Source: Candidatus Micrarchaeota archaeon
GTDB taxonomy: Archaea > Micrarchaeota > Micrarchaeia > Anstonellales > Bilamarchaeaceae
Reading direction: 5' to 3'
Length of the DNA stretch: 64,000 nucleotides
Assembly (NCBI GenBank): GCA_022627495.1
Contig: JAKEGJ010000016.1
Location: 16,995 to 80,994 of the forward strand
In this document: in pieces, positions 25,128-34,600 of the stretch
Layout of the letters: the number at the start of each line of letters is the position of its first letter
Numbering within the stretch: the stretch's first letter is position 1
Notes under the pieces: model-generated
Seen by the model: only the letters and a program-made list of their open reading frames with translations
The model's database searches: none
What the model was told of the DNA's origin: nothing
Position numbers and translations under genes: made by a program

Positions 25128-26213
25128 TCACACCAGTTGGGTTATCCTACTTAAATCTATCTCCTCGCCGTAGAGGCGCGCGATGTATCCCACGCTCGCA
25201 ATGGTCGCGAGCAGGGCAATGCTGGGGAAGAATATCGCGGCAACGAACGCGTTGGAGGCGAAGCCTATCGCCCCGGACATGTTCTCTATGTTGACGCCGC
25301 TGCCGTAGCAGCCGCCCCTGTCGAAATAGCACCCTTTTACGAAGCTTTCGCCCCCGGTGCTCATCGCTAGCATGTCCCCGCCGTTCACGTAGCCCTCCAT
25401 CCTCTCCTCGTTCGTGTTGTACGTGCTCATCGGCTCGGAAAGCGGGGTGTACCCGTTGTCGGCATCCACGAGGACGTTCCTCATGAGGTAGAATACTGCG
25501 AGCAGGAACGGATAGACTATAAGGAACGATATGGCCAGGGCCACGAGAAGCGAGCCGAATGACCGCATATACGGCATCGAGCGCATGAAGACGCCAAGCG
25601 GAAGGAACAGGAACACGAAGCCCTTGTACACGAAGAGCAGGATGAAGATGAAATTCAGCGACATGAAATGGGCGATTATTGCTCCGTTGAAGAATATGTT
25701 CATCGCCGCGGTCTGCACGGCGTATCCGCCGAGCGGCTGCTGGCTCACTCCGGAATACCCGAAGAGGCATCCCCAGCCTATCCTGCCCGTGCTCAAATCG
25801 CATATGAAGGCGTTGAAGAACGAAAGCGTGGTGTACGATTCCAGATGATAGCGGACAACCGTCAGCGCGTTGTGGGAGTATATCGCCGCGTCGTTGAGGT
25901 ATCCCCTGGCCGCCCCGTAGATGTCCGGATTGTCGGCTGAGGCCGGCATGTCGAAGATGGCGGCTATCTCGTTTATCTTTATGGAGCAGAACGTGTTCAT
26001 GGTCGTGATTATGAGGAACACCGAGACAGTCGAGACGATGAACTGGACCGCCTCGGTCTTGCTCCAGAGCGTCAGTTTCGCGTTGCTCGTTGCGGTACCC
26101 GCCATATAAGCTATGCCCAGCAGGGCGGCCAGCGAGCTTCCTGCATATGCCAGGAGCGGAAGTATGTTCTCGCTGAAAAACGTCCCGAATTCAGGGTCGC
26201 AAAGGAATGCCAT
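25128..26213 (-). CDS. Polytopic membrane protein, paralogue E
   Basis: Start set at MAFLCDPEF (ATG at 26213, sharing one nt with the upstream stop, TGATG). Signatures are WSKTEAVQFI, FLPLGVFMRSMPYMRSFGSLLVALAIS and the tail RLYGEEIDLSRITQLV. Confidence 0.8.
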   Translation of the reverse strand: MAFLCDPEFGTFFSENILPLLAYAGSSLAALLGIAYMAGTATSNAKLTLWSKTEAVQFIVSTVSVFLIITTMNTFCSIKINEIAAIFDMPASADNPDIYGAARGYLNDAAIYSHNALTVVRYHLESYTTLSFFNAFICDLSTGRIGWGCLFGYSGVSQQPLGGYAVQTAAMNIFFNGAIIAHFMSLNFIFILLFVYKGFVFLFLPLGVFMRSMPYMRSFGSLLVALAISFLIVYPFLLAVFYLMRNVLVDADNGYTPLSEPMSTYNTNEERMEGYVNGGDMLAMSTGGESFVKGCYFDRGGCYGSGVNIENMSGAIGFASNAFVAAIFFPSIALLATIASVGYIARLYGEEIDLSRITQLV

Positions 26214-27220
26214 CAGACGAACCTCGAGATTGCGCTTACGTCGACCTCCGCACCGGCAAGCGATGTCAGCGTCCGGAGGCCAGTCGACATCATCAGCAGG
26301 GCCAGCACCGGGCCAAGGGTGGCCTGGACCAGCATGGTGAACAGGTACACGCGAAGGTTGTCCCGGAGGGCGTGGTAGCCCCGTACCGCGTTCGCCGCAT
26401 TGCTGTCCCCGGACCACCACTCCTCGCCGGTCGCTCCCGGGTTGCATTCCAGGGTCACGTTCTGGAGCCCGGCCTGGTACGGCGCTGAAAGCGCGTCGTC
26501 AGCGGCTCCGGGCGGGTCCAGGAACGTCGCCCCGAGCATGTCGTTGAATATGACGCCCATCGGCAGAAGTATGTGGAGCGATATGGCGAGGGCGATAAGA
26601 AGCCCACCCGCGCCGCGCGTGAACTTGAAGGTGCGCAGGACTATCCCCAGCGGGAGCAGGAACGGGAACGCGAAGGCCGTGGAAAGCTCTATCAGCCTCT
26701 TCATCGTGTAAAGCTCGCCCACGGCGAATCCGGTTATGCCGCCTGCCATGGACAGCGGCGCGGAGAGCATGGTATAGCTCCCGCATCCGCTCACCGAGTA
26801 TCCCATCCCGAGGATGCTGCAGGAGCTGGCCTTGGAGCCTTCGATTGCAGCGTCATGGTCGGTCTCTGCTATGCTGTCCATCAACGCGGTCACGTTCGCG
26901 AGGGTGATGTCGATGCTGGCATTCGCGGCGCCCTGCAATGTCGTCGAGCCGCTCCCGCTGAAAGCAGGATTCGCTGATATGGCGTTCAGGATGGAATCCC
27001 CGCCGACTAGGAGGGCTATCATCACCATCATCGCAATCAGCTGGAAGAACTCCTCCTTTGCCGTCATCTGGAGCTCATTGATGCCAAAGCCCATGCCTAT
27101 CATGTATATGATGCCCAGTATGCCGGCGGATGTCATTATCGCCACTGCCGCCGTGCCCTGCCATGCCGCGAACGCGACCGGCGCCATCAGGATTATCAGC
27201 AGGGCAGTGAGGGCTTTCAT
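26213..27220 (-). CDS. Polytopic membrane protein, paralogue D
   Basis: 335 aa with a signal-like N-terminus. Signatures are TAKEEFFQLI, LLPLGIVLRTFKFTRGAGGLLIALAIS and the tail SLAGAEVDVSAISRFV. Confidence 0.8.
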   Translation of the reverse strand: MKALTALLIILMAPVAFAAWQGTAAVAIMTSAGILGIIYMIGMGFGINELQMTAKEEFFQLIAMMVMIALLVGGDSILNAISANPAFSGSGSTTLQGAANASIDITLANVTALMDSIAETDHDAAIEGSKASSCSILGMGYSVSGCGSYTMLSAPLSMAGGITGFAVGELYTMKRLIELSTAFAFPFLLPLGIVLRTFKFTRGAGGLLIALAISLHILLPMGVIFNDMLGATFLDPPGAADDALSAPYQAGLQNVTLECNPGATGEEWWSGDSNAANAVRGYHALRDNLRVYLFTMLVQATLGPVLALLMMSTGLRTLTSLAGAEVDVSAISRFV

Positions 27221-29292
27221 CAGAACACCTTGGCTAGGCCCGGGATCTCTATGTCCCCTCCGAGCATTCCGGACAGGCCTTTAATGAACACGAGCGTGGC
27301 GACTATGTTGAAGAGCGGCAGGACGTATGCAGGTATCATCAGTTTCGCCACATTCACGATTTCAGGCTTGCCGACCAGGCCGTCCCCCCCGATTTTCGTG
27401 TACTCCCCGGGCTTCTTCGCTGGCACGTTGCCGGTGTTGCCGCACTGGTCCCCGCACTGCGTGTTTATCGGCGGGCTGTAGACGTACGACTCTTCGGTGA
27501 AAAGGCAGCTCTCGCACGTGTTCCTGGGTATCGCCATCCTGTAATCCTTGGGGCACTGGTCCACTGAGCATCCGCCTGTTATATAATCGTCCGGCAGGGT
27601 GGAATATACCAGCCTCTTGACTGCGGGGCACGAGCCGCAGAACTCCGATGGCGAATTCAATGACGTGATATCGCTCATCCGTATCGTGCAGGTGTCATAG
27701 GTTGCGTGGCACGTAGAGCATGAGGCGAGAAGGTTGCCGTCGCCGTCCTTGCACTGCGCCGGCAAATCCGCCACGGCCGCGTCGCGTATCCGGCATTCGG
27801 CCGGGCACTCGACGCAGAGTTCGTTGCACCTGCCGGTTTCCGGAATCACCCAGACACATGACTGGCTGGCATCCAGGCTTGCAGGGCAGTATGCCGCCAG
27901 GACGCATGCCGCGTAGTTGCTCCCTTCGATGTCCACGGTGGTCGGCCTCCAGTTCAAATCGCTGCGATGGGCTATCCGGCAGTCAAAGCGGGAGCCTGCG
28001 CATGCCGGCGAGTCTGTGAAGCAGTCGCTTTTCATCGGCGGCACTATCTTGCATGAATCCGGGCACTTGTTGTATTCGTTGAGGTCGAACGTCGGCGAGG
28101 TCGTGTCCACGAGGCGCTTGACCTTGCACTGCTCCGGGACCGTCTGGCAGAGCGCCTCAACGGCCATGTTCGAGCAGTTGCCCGATGCCGCAGGATAGGG
28201 AAGCTCCCTGCAGTCCAGGCCGCAGCCTGCCATCCCCCCGTAGAAGCACGACGTCACCATCTTCCCGTAGGCCGGGCTGTCCGGGTTCGAGCCCGTCGCA
28301 GAGGCGAGGGTGCCGGCAATTATCTGCGTGGCCTTGTCCATGTCCTCTTCGGAGAACGCGTTATACACGTCCGGCGGGGACGTGATGACGCCTCCGTCGA
28401 AATACGCGCGCGGGGCGGACACGCCGCACTCGGCCGGACAAAGCGGGTCGTCCGGGTTCATCAGCTTGTCGCCGTTTACGGCCATGTCCAGCGTCACCCA
28501 GTCGAAGATGTACATGCCGGGGAAGAAGAACATGCAGCCGGCGGCAATCGCTATCAGCAGCCCGCCGATTTTCCGCGTGAAGTAGAAAGAGCGCGCGACG
28601 ATGCCTATCGCAAGAATCACCGGCGCCATCTTGAAGCATATCTCGGTTACGAAGAACTTCTGCGCCTCCATTGAAGATAGCAGGTTGGTATAGTACTCAA
28701 ACAATATCGCGTACATGTCCTGGTCGAGCATGTACTGGCCCGCCACCGTGGTCGTGAACCCGGCCTGGAGGCAGAAGAGGGGCAGGAACGCGGTCGTGCA
28801 GTAGAGGCCGAGCCGTATGCTGGCCGCATGCGCCGCGTCCATGTTGTTGATGAGGACGTCTTTCGCCCCGTCCTCGGCGGTGCTCACGTAGTCCTGGAGA
28901 TACATCACCGTAACGTTCTGGAGGCAGCTTGAGCCGATGCTGGTGCAGGCCGGCACATCCAGGCCGCTCTGCACGACCATGGCCACAACAAGCATGTCTA
29001 TCAGGACGATTGTGGCCATGAGCACGATGATGATGATTGCGTTCGCGATTATCTGGACCATCTCGTTGCTGGCCCACGCCTTGACTTCCGGCATGTCCAG
29101 GCCGATACCGATTGCATATCCGATGCCCACGAGCACGACTGAGAGCATGAGCGAGAGGATTGCCAGCACCTTCCAGTCGCGGGCGATTTCGAGGGGCGAG
29201 CTCTGCGTCTGCTGTCCGAACTGCGTTTCCGTTACCGTGGCCGCGATGGCGAATGCCGAAAACAGCAGGAGCAGAAGCATTGCCTTTCTCAT
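27220..29292 (-). CDS. Polytopic membrane protein, paralogue C, with a ~370-aa Cys-rich extracytoplasmic insertion
   Basis: 690 aa. Signatures are WASNEMVQII, IGIVARSFYFTRKIGGLLIAIAAG and the tail GMLGGDIEIPGLAKVF. The loop after the signature (aa ~270-640) holds about 32 Cys by hand count, many as CxxC or Cx3C. Confidence 0.8.
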   Translation of the reverse strand: MRKAMLLLLLFSAFAIAATVTETQFGQQTQSSPLEIARDWKVLAILSLMLSVVLVGIGYAIGIGLDMPEVKAWASNEMVQIIANAIIIIVLMATIVLIDMLVVAMVVQSGLDVPACTSIGSSCLQNVTVMYLQDYVSTAEDGAKDVLINNMDAAHAASIRLGLYCTTAFLPLFCLQAGFTTTVAGQYMLDQDMYAILFEYYTNLLSSMEAQKFFVTEICFKMAPVILAIGIVARSFYFTRKIGGLLIAIAAGCMFFFPGMYIFDWVTLDMAVNGDKLMNPDDPLCPAECGVSAPRAYFDGGVITSPPDVYNAFSEEDMDKATQIIAGTLASATGSNPDSPAYGKMVTSCFYGGMAGCGLDCRELPYPAASGNCSNMAVEALCQTVPEQCKVKRLVDTTSPTFDLNEYNKCPDSCKIVPPMKSDCFTDSPACAGSRFDCRIAHRSDLNWRPTTVDIEGSNYAACVLAAYCPASLDASQSCVWVIPETGRCNELCVECPAECRIRDAAVADLPAQCKDGDGNLLASCSTCHATYDTCTIRMSDITSLNSPSEFCGSCPAVKRLVYSTLPDDYITGGCSVDQCPKDYRMAIPRNTCESCLFTEESYVYSPPINTQCGDQCGNTGNVPAKKPGEYTKIGGDGLVGKPEIVNVAKLMIPAYVLPLFNIVATLVFIKGLSGMLGGDIEIPGLAKVF

Positions 29293-30287
29293 CCGACCAC
29301 CCTCAGTCCCTTGTTCACTGCGCTAAGGAACGTTATAAGTATGGCTATCGTCAAATTCGGCAGGAATATCGCCTGCGGAATCAGCCTCGCGACCATCCAG
29401 AACCCGTCCGGATTGGAGCATGCGGTCTGGGGCGCATCCATGCAGCTGTAGCTGTCGAGCACGTTGTCGCATACCGCCGAGGCGAACTCGTTGCAGTCGC
29501 TAAGCACCGCGTCGTACATGGCAAGGTTGAACACGAACATGAACGGCACTATCACATACAGCCCCAGGGACAGCGCTATCAGCATGTTCCCCATCATCCT
29601 AGTCGGGATGAAGAACCTGAGCACAAACGCCGTGGGAAGTATCCACCGGATGACATTCTCGTTGATGAAATCGAGCCCGATTTTCTGCATGCTCAGGCTC
29701 ATCAGCGACGGGATGAGGAACGTGTTCAGGATGATGTCGTACTGGTTGGACACGACCCTCCGGTAAGCCCCCGGAATCGCCGTGTAGGCGTTGAGGAGCG
29801 GTATCGCCAGGCTGAACGAGAACGTGGATTCCATCAGGTAGTCCAGGTAATTCTGTATGTAGCTCTTCGAAAGCCTCGTGGCGTCGTTCTTGACCACCTT
29901 CAGGTAGCACGACGCCGTGCTGTTCAGGCCAGAGCCCTCGCCCAGGTAGCAGTTCGAGGCAAGAGGCCCCAGGTTCTCGAATGTGCCGTGGTAGAAGAAA
30001 CTGATGAGCTCGCACGAGAAAGCCAGGATGCCGCTGAAGGCTATGAGCATAAGGATTGAGAAAAACAGGTGGTACGCCTCGTCCTTGGCGAAGACCACAT
30101 AGTGCGTGTGCCCGAGCGTCGTGCCTATCATGTACGCGAGTGCGATTATGACCGCGGTGAAGCCGATTACCGCGCCAATCAGGAGGCCCTGCTCGGAAAG
30201 CACAATGGCCGTCGCGTCGGAAATGCAGCTTGCGTGCGCTGCGGCAGCCAGCAGCATGACGATTAGCGCAGCTTTCGTGTGTGTCAT
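29289..30287 (-). CDS. Polytopic membrane protein, paralogue B
   Basis: Start set at MTHTKAAL, giving an ATGA overlap with the upstream stop at 30284-30287. Signatures are FAKDEAYHLF and ILPTAFVLRFFIPTRMMGNMLIALSLG. Confidence 0.8.
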   Translation of the reverse strand: MTHTKAALIVMLLAAAAHASCISDATAIVLSEQGLLIGAVIGFTAVIIALAYMIGTTLGHTHYVVFAKDEAYHLFFSILMLIAFSGILAFSCELISFFYHGTFENLGPLASNCYLGEGSGLNSTASCYLKVVKNDATRLSKSYIQNYLDYLMESTFSFSLAIPLLNAYTAIPGAYRRVVSNQYDIILNTFLIPSLMSLSMQKIGLDFINENVIRWILPTAFVLRFFIPTRMMGNMLIALSLGLYVIVPFMFVFNLAMYDAVLSDCNEFASAVCDNVLDSYSCMDAPQTACSNPDGFWMVARLIPQAIFLPNLTIAILITFLSAVNKGLRVVG

Positions 30288-31486
30288 ATGAGCCTCTGTA
30301 CGCCTGCCATGTACCACTCGCCCCCAAGGGCGCTGGACAGGCTTCTTGCCCCGGCCATCGTTATCGTCCCGATTATTATGAAATCAATATATGCAACCAG
30401 GACGAGGTTGTTCACCGCGCGGAGGAGCCCGAGGACCTCCTTGAACACATCCTCGGCATAGGAATGGGCCATGCCCGCGCTGTATGCAATTTCCCAGATG
30501 AGGAGGAGCACGGTGCTGACTATCTGGAATATGAGCTGGATGAGGGGGTAGACCACCTGGTGCATGAGGGGCTCCCTGCACGGCTGCTGGTAAAGCCCCA
30601 CCGTCCACGGTGTCAGTATGAGCGGCAGGCATACTATCGCCGAGAAAATCTGCTCGGTAACAAAAAGCAGGCTCCGGACCGGCACGCTCGAGCACAGGAA
30701 CTCGCCGAACACCATGGCCCAGGGGTTCGCGTCGAGCTTGTTCAGCTTCATCGTGGGGTTCGGCATCGTTATCGTGCTGTTGAGGGCGCTGGCGACCAGG
30801 ACCGAAAAAGGCAGGAACACGATTCCGGCAATCGATAGCGCAATCAGCGTATTGCCGAGCTTTCTCGAAAATGGTATCAGCCGCGCTATGAAGGCTATGG
30901 GGAGCAGTATCAATGGGACCACGATTTTCAGGAACGCGAGCAGCATGCGCAGGCTTTCGGAGAGGAATATCGCGTTCGTGAGGGCCTGGGACGCCAGGCT
31001 GAGGGGCCCGAGCATGATGGCGATGCCGCCGAGGGTGTTGGTCGAGTAGTTTATCGAGAAATACCACACAGGGATGTTGAGGTACGGCGAATACGTCGCC
31101 GCGGACCGTATCTGGCCGGCGGCTTTGATTATGTATTCGAACGCGCTGTCATACGTGCCGAGCCAGCCGTCCAAGACTCCCTGCGCGGATGCGATCATGT
31201 TCTCGTCGCCCGTCAGCGCGAACGCGACGCCGTTCGTTCCCGTCACCGCGGCTATTACGATTATTATCAGTATTATGGCCGCGAAGAACTCGCGCATCTC
31301 TGTCTTAACCCAGGCATCCAGCCTCGGGTCGGAGAGCGAATGCGAGAGCATGTTCGCCACGCCCAGAAACGCCGCTACTATGACCGCCATGACGGGCACT
31401 GCGAATGTCAAATCCAGCGGGGCTGCGGCCGGGAAAGAGAGTGGCGCAATGGCGAAGAGGAATAATGCCAGTGACCGCAACTGCAT
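30284..31486 (-). CDS. Polytopic membrane protein, paralogue A (first gene of the operon)
   Basis: 400 aa with a signal-like N-terminus. Signatures are WVKTEMREFF, LLPIAFIARLIPFSRKLGNTLIALSIAG and the tail SALGGEWYMAGVQRLI. Confidence 0.8.
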   Translation of the reverse strand: MQLRSLALFLFAIAPLSFPAAAPLDLTFAVPVMAVIVAAFLGVANMLSHSLSDPRLDAWVKTEMREFFAAIILIIIVIAAVTGTNGVAFALTGDENMIASAQGVLDGWLGTYDSAFEYIIKAAGQIRSAATYSPYLNIPVWYFSINYSTNTLGGIAIMLGPLSLASQALTNAIFLSESLRMLLAFLKIVVPLILLPIAFIARLIPFSRKLGNTLIALSIAGIVFLPFSVLVASALNSTITMPNPTMKLNKLDANPWAMVFGEFLCSSVPVRSLLFVTEQIFSAIVCLPLILTPWTVGLYQQPCREPLMHQVVYPLIQLIFQIVSTVLLLIWEIAYSAGMAHSYAEDVFKEVLGLLRAVNNLVLVAYIDFIIIGTITMAGARSLSSALGGEWYMAGVQRLI

Positions 31487-31506
31487 GCCTCTAATTCCGA
31501 GTCACC

Positions 31507-31558
31507 CATTTAAATGTTTTCCATGGCGCCGGGCCTGCCGGATAGTAAATTAATAAAC
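31507..31558. promoter_or_regulatory. Divergent promoter region with two TATA-like boxes
   Basis: CATTTAAATG (31507-31516) is centred about 25 nt upstream of ATG 31486 on the minus strand. GTAAATTAATAAAC (31545-31558) lies about 27 nt upstream of ATG 31579 on the plus strand. Both spacings imply short or no leaders. Confidence 0.4.
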
Positions 31559-31680
31559 TTATCAAAACTATCATTATCATGAAATCCGCCCCCATCGTCC
31601 TAATCCTCCTTGCATTCGCATCAGCCGCTCTGGCCTCGGACTGCGTCTCCTGCGAGCAGATGGCGGACCGGCCGCAGGCG
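31552..31680 (+). repeat. Direct repeat copy 1 (promoter-proximal region plus first ~33 codons of the 1399-aa gene)
   Basis: Aligns by eye with 35947-36075 at roughly 85% identity with one 1-nt indel. The aligned ATGs are at 31579 and 35974. Confidence 0.8.
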
Positions 31681-34600
31681 CGCATCCTCACGATAAACGA
31701 CGACGTGGCGTACACCCTCGAAATGTACACCTATTATGAGAACCTGAGCGCGACGCCGTCGCGCCAGCCCATCAACAACACTATAGTTATTATAGAGCTC
31801 ACCAACTCGACCGGCCTCAAGGAGATTTACAAGACGTATGTGAATTCAAACGGCTCCTCAAGGTTCAATTTCAACACGTGGAAGAACGGATGCATAACGT
31901 TCAAGGTGCTCTACTGCCCCTTCTGCAACCCTGATTCGCCGGAATGCGGCTTCGACGCCTGCATGAACTTCTCGCTGATAGGTACCGACAAGCACAGCGC
32001 GGCTGAGCTTGACACGGCGCCGGGCAGCTTTGCGGAATCGCTGCCCGCCAGCACGGAGCTGTACCTGCCCGCCCTCGACCAGCTGACATACTGCCCGCCT
32101 CCGCCTTCCATGGCAGCGACGCCGTCGCTTTGCCTTCCCATCCTAATAATCTTCTCGCTCCTCTCAGGGGCGCTTTACCTGACAGGCCGGAACCCCTGGG
32201 CAGGATTCAATATCGGCGGCGCGCGCATCGGCAAGCATATCCGCTACCAGGCCCGTGGCCGCGGCTTCTCGCTTGATTTGAAGTCCCTTGCGATGTCGAT
32301 ATCCAGCGCGAAGGGGGAGACGGAGATAGACGAATCAACCGGAAAGAGGAAAGGCGAGTCGACCGAGCCGAAATGGTTTGGATACAGCATGGTCCGCGAC
32401 CTTAAGGATGTCGTCGTAGGAACCAAGGGGGCGGGAGGGAGCGGCAGCGCCACGCAAGTGAGCAAGGACCTTGCATTGGGCGGCGGCAGGCGCGCCAGGC
32501 CCGGTATCGCAGGGGCGTTTCGGCAAGCAGGACGGGATGGCCGGGCGAGTACCGCCCGTGTGTTCGGAGGCCAGGTCGACAGCAAAGGCAAGGCGGTCGG
32601 ACCCGGGAGCGGACAAGCCGCAGGGAGGGCCTTTGGCGCCGGCGAGATAGCCCGCCAATGGGGCAACGAAGTGCTCATCAGCCTTGGCAGGATTGGCGCT
32701 ACGCTCTATGACTCATCATTCTTTTCGTCATTGCTCGGCACGTTCGACAGTTCCCTTCGGAATCTTTCCTCCAGGCTGGAGAGCACCCGTTTTGTAAGCG
32801 AGCGGCAGAATGCCGCGATGCTGATAGCCGATGCCGAACGCCTGTCCGAGGTTGCGGGCAGGGAATACGCTCCGGGAATCGCCCAACTTCGCGAAGGCTC
32901 TGGCCAGGTAGACGAGGATGGAAGCCGGACCGGAAGGTCGGGGTCGCGTTATATCGAGATAAGCAGCGAGGGGCTCGGGCTTCCGGCGGGCGCAACTGTG
33001 GTCGCAACAGTCGGAACGATAGGGCCGAACGGAGAATCCACAATAACAGTCCATGTCGGGACAGGCAGCGGAGAAGGCCGCATCCTGACCAATTACACGA
33101 TGCAAAATGGCACGGTGGTGGGCCTTGAGCGCGTGATGAACGTGGGCAGCCCCACCGGGGAGCAGATGGGCATCAATTTCAGGATGGGACCTAACGGGAG
33201 GCTCGAAGCGTCGGGCATCACATCCTACAGCAACACGCCGGGCCAGCCGCCAGAGCGCATGGAGGTGCGCAGGGACGATCAGGGCCTCATCATTGAAGTC
33301 GGAAACATAACAGTTCAGCGCAACGACCGGGGCGAGGTCACCGCAATGTTCGACCGCAACCTGCCCGCATCGCAGTCAGGGCAGCCCGGCTTGCAGGTCC
33401 CCACGGGCACAACCCTGCATGAAGCGGTGACCAACCTCATAAGTAACGACGGCAATAACATCAACCAGATGCAGGGGATTATAGCAATTAATGCCGCCAA
33501 CATGAAGGAGATGGCAAGCAGGACTATGGAAACCGCCAATGCCAGCCTTGAGAGGACAAGCCAGATGTACATGGCGCAATATGGCATGGTCGAAGTGACC
33601 GACCATAACGTCCTGAAGGTCAGTGGCGAAGGCGAACGCGGTTCCGACGGAACAATACGGAGCGACGGCCGGGGCGACATGACAATCCGAGTCATCGACT
33701 CCGATTACACTCCCTCAGGCCAGCCTGGCAACCGCTCCGGCCTGGCTAACGGAACGACCATAGAGCTAAGAAACGACGCTTATATCTCCGCAACGGACGC
33801 ATCCGGCCGCAACATCCTACAGCGCGACCAGGAAGTGCATGTCGGGGACCGCACGATGTACCAGACTTCCCTCACCGGTACCAACATCGTTCTTGACACC
33901 AACACCTCCCGGGGGCAGACAATCGAAGCTACCAACGTCATTGAGCACGTCGGGGAAGTGAACCGCCTGGCAGGGGACCTGAGGCAAAGCTTCCAGGCCT
34001 ACCAGACGTCAATGCTTCTGGAGGCGGGCCGGCAGTTCGGGGAGCAGCGACCTGGGCTCGCAGCAGCTTTCGAGTCCGCTACAACGGACCGGAGGCAGGG
34101 CGGCGAAGCACTGAGCGCCCACCTGCGCGAGAGCGGGGTTCCGGATGACGTAGCCGCAGCCGCCGGACTGCTTTATGGCTCTACCACCATAGGATACCGC
34201 GAGACAAGCTTTGCGGCAGATGCGCACAGGGGAGCCGAGGAGTACAGCAGGGCGTTTTCGACAGCAATAATGACCGGAGACCATCGCGTTGACCAGTCCG
34301 ATTTGGCGGCAATGAGCCCGCGGGCCCGGGCCTATATGGAGGCCAGGGATACCGTACAGGCCGAATTCGAGCAGCGGAATCCGGGCTCGCATTTCAATCC
34401 GGACGACCCGCAGGTTTCCCGCATGATTGAGGTCCGGATGCGGCCGGCAGTCGAAACGATACGTTCTGCAGAAACGCAGGCAATCAGCCAGGCCCAGTCC
34501 AGGGATCCGGCAATCCGCCAGCAGGGCGAGGATGCCATACGGGCCCTTGGCATGGTGCCGAGGGATTACCAGCTTCCTGAAGGAACAACCCTCTGGCAGG

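Noticed and set aside
26214-26447. 78-codon N-terminal extension of paralogue E (track ORF 25128-26447)
   Set aside because: The extension overlaps the 3' end of paralogue D and is Gly/Pro/Arg-rich. The ATG at 26213 (MAFLCDPEF) gives a TGATG junction and an N-terminus parallel to paralogue F (MAFLALS...).
24009-30327. Many 60-300-aa ORFs on both strands inside the membrane-protein operon (for example 24009-24845+, 24295-25131-, 29160-30059+, 29599-30327-)
   Set aside because: They are out of frame or antisense to the six paralogues, whose mutual homology validates the chosen frames. The alternatives are Arg/His/Pro/Gly-rich.
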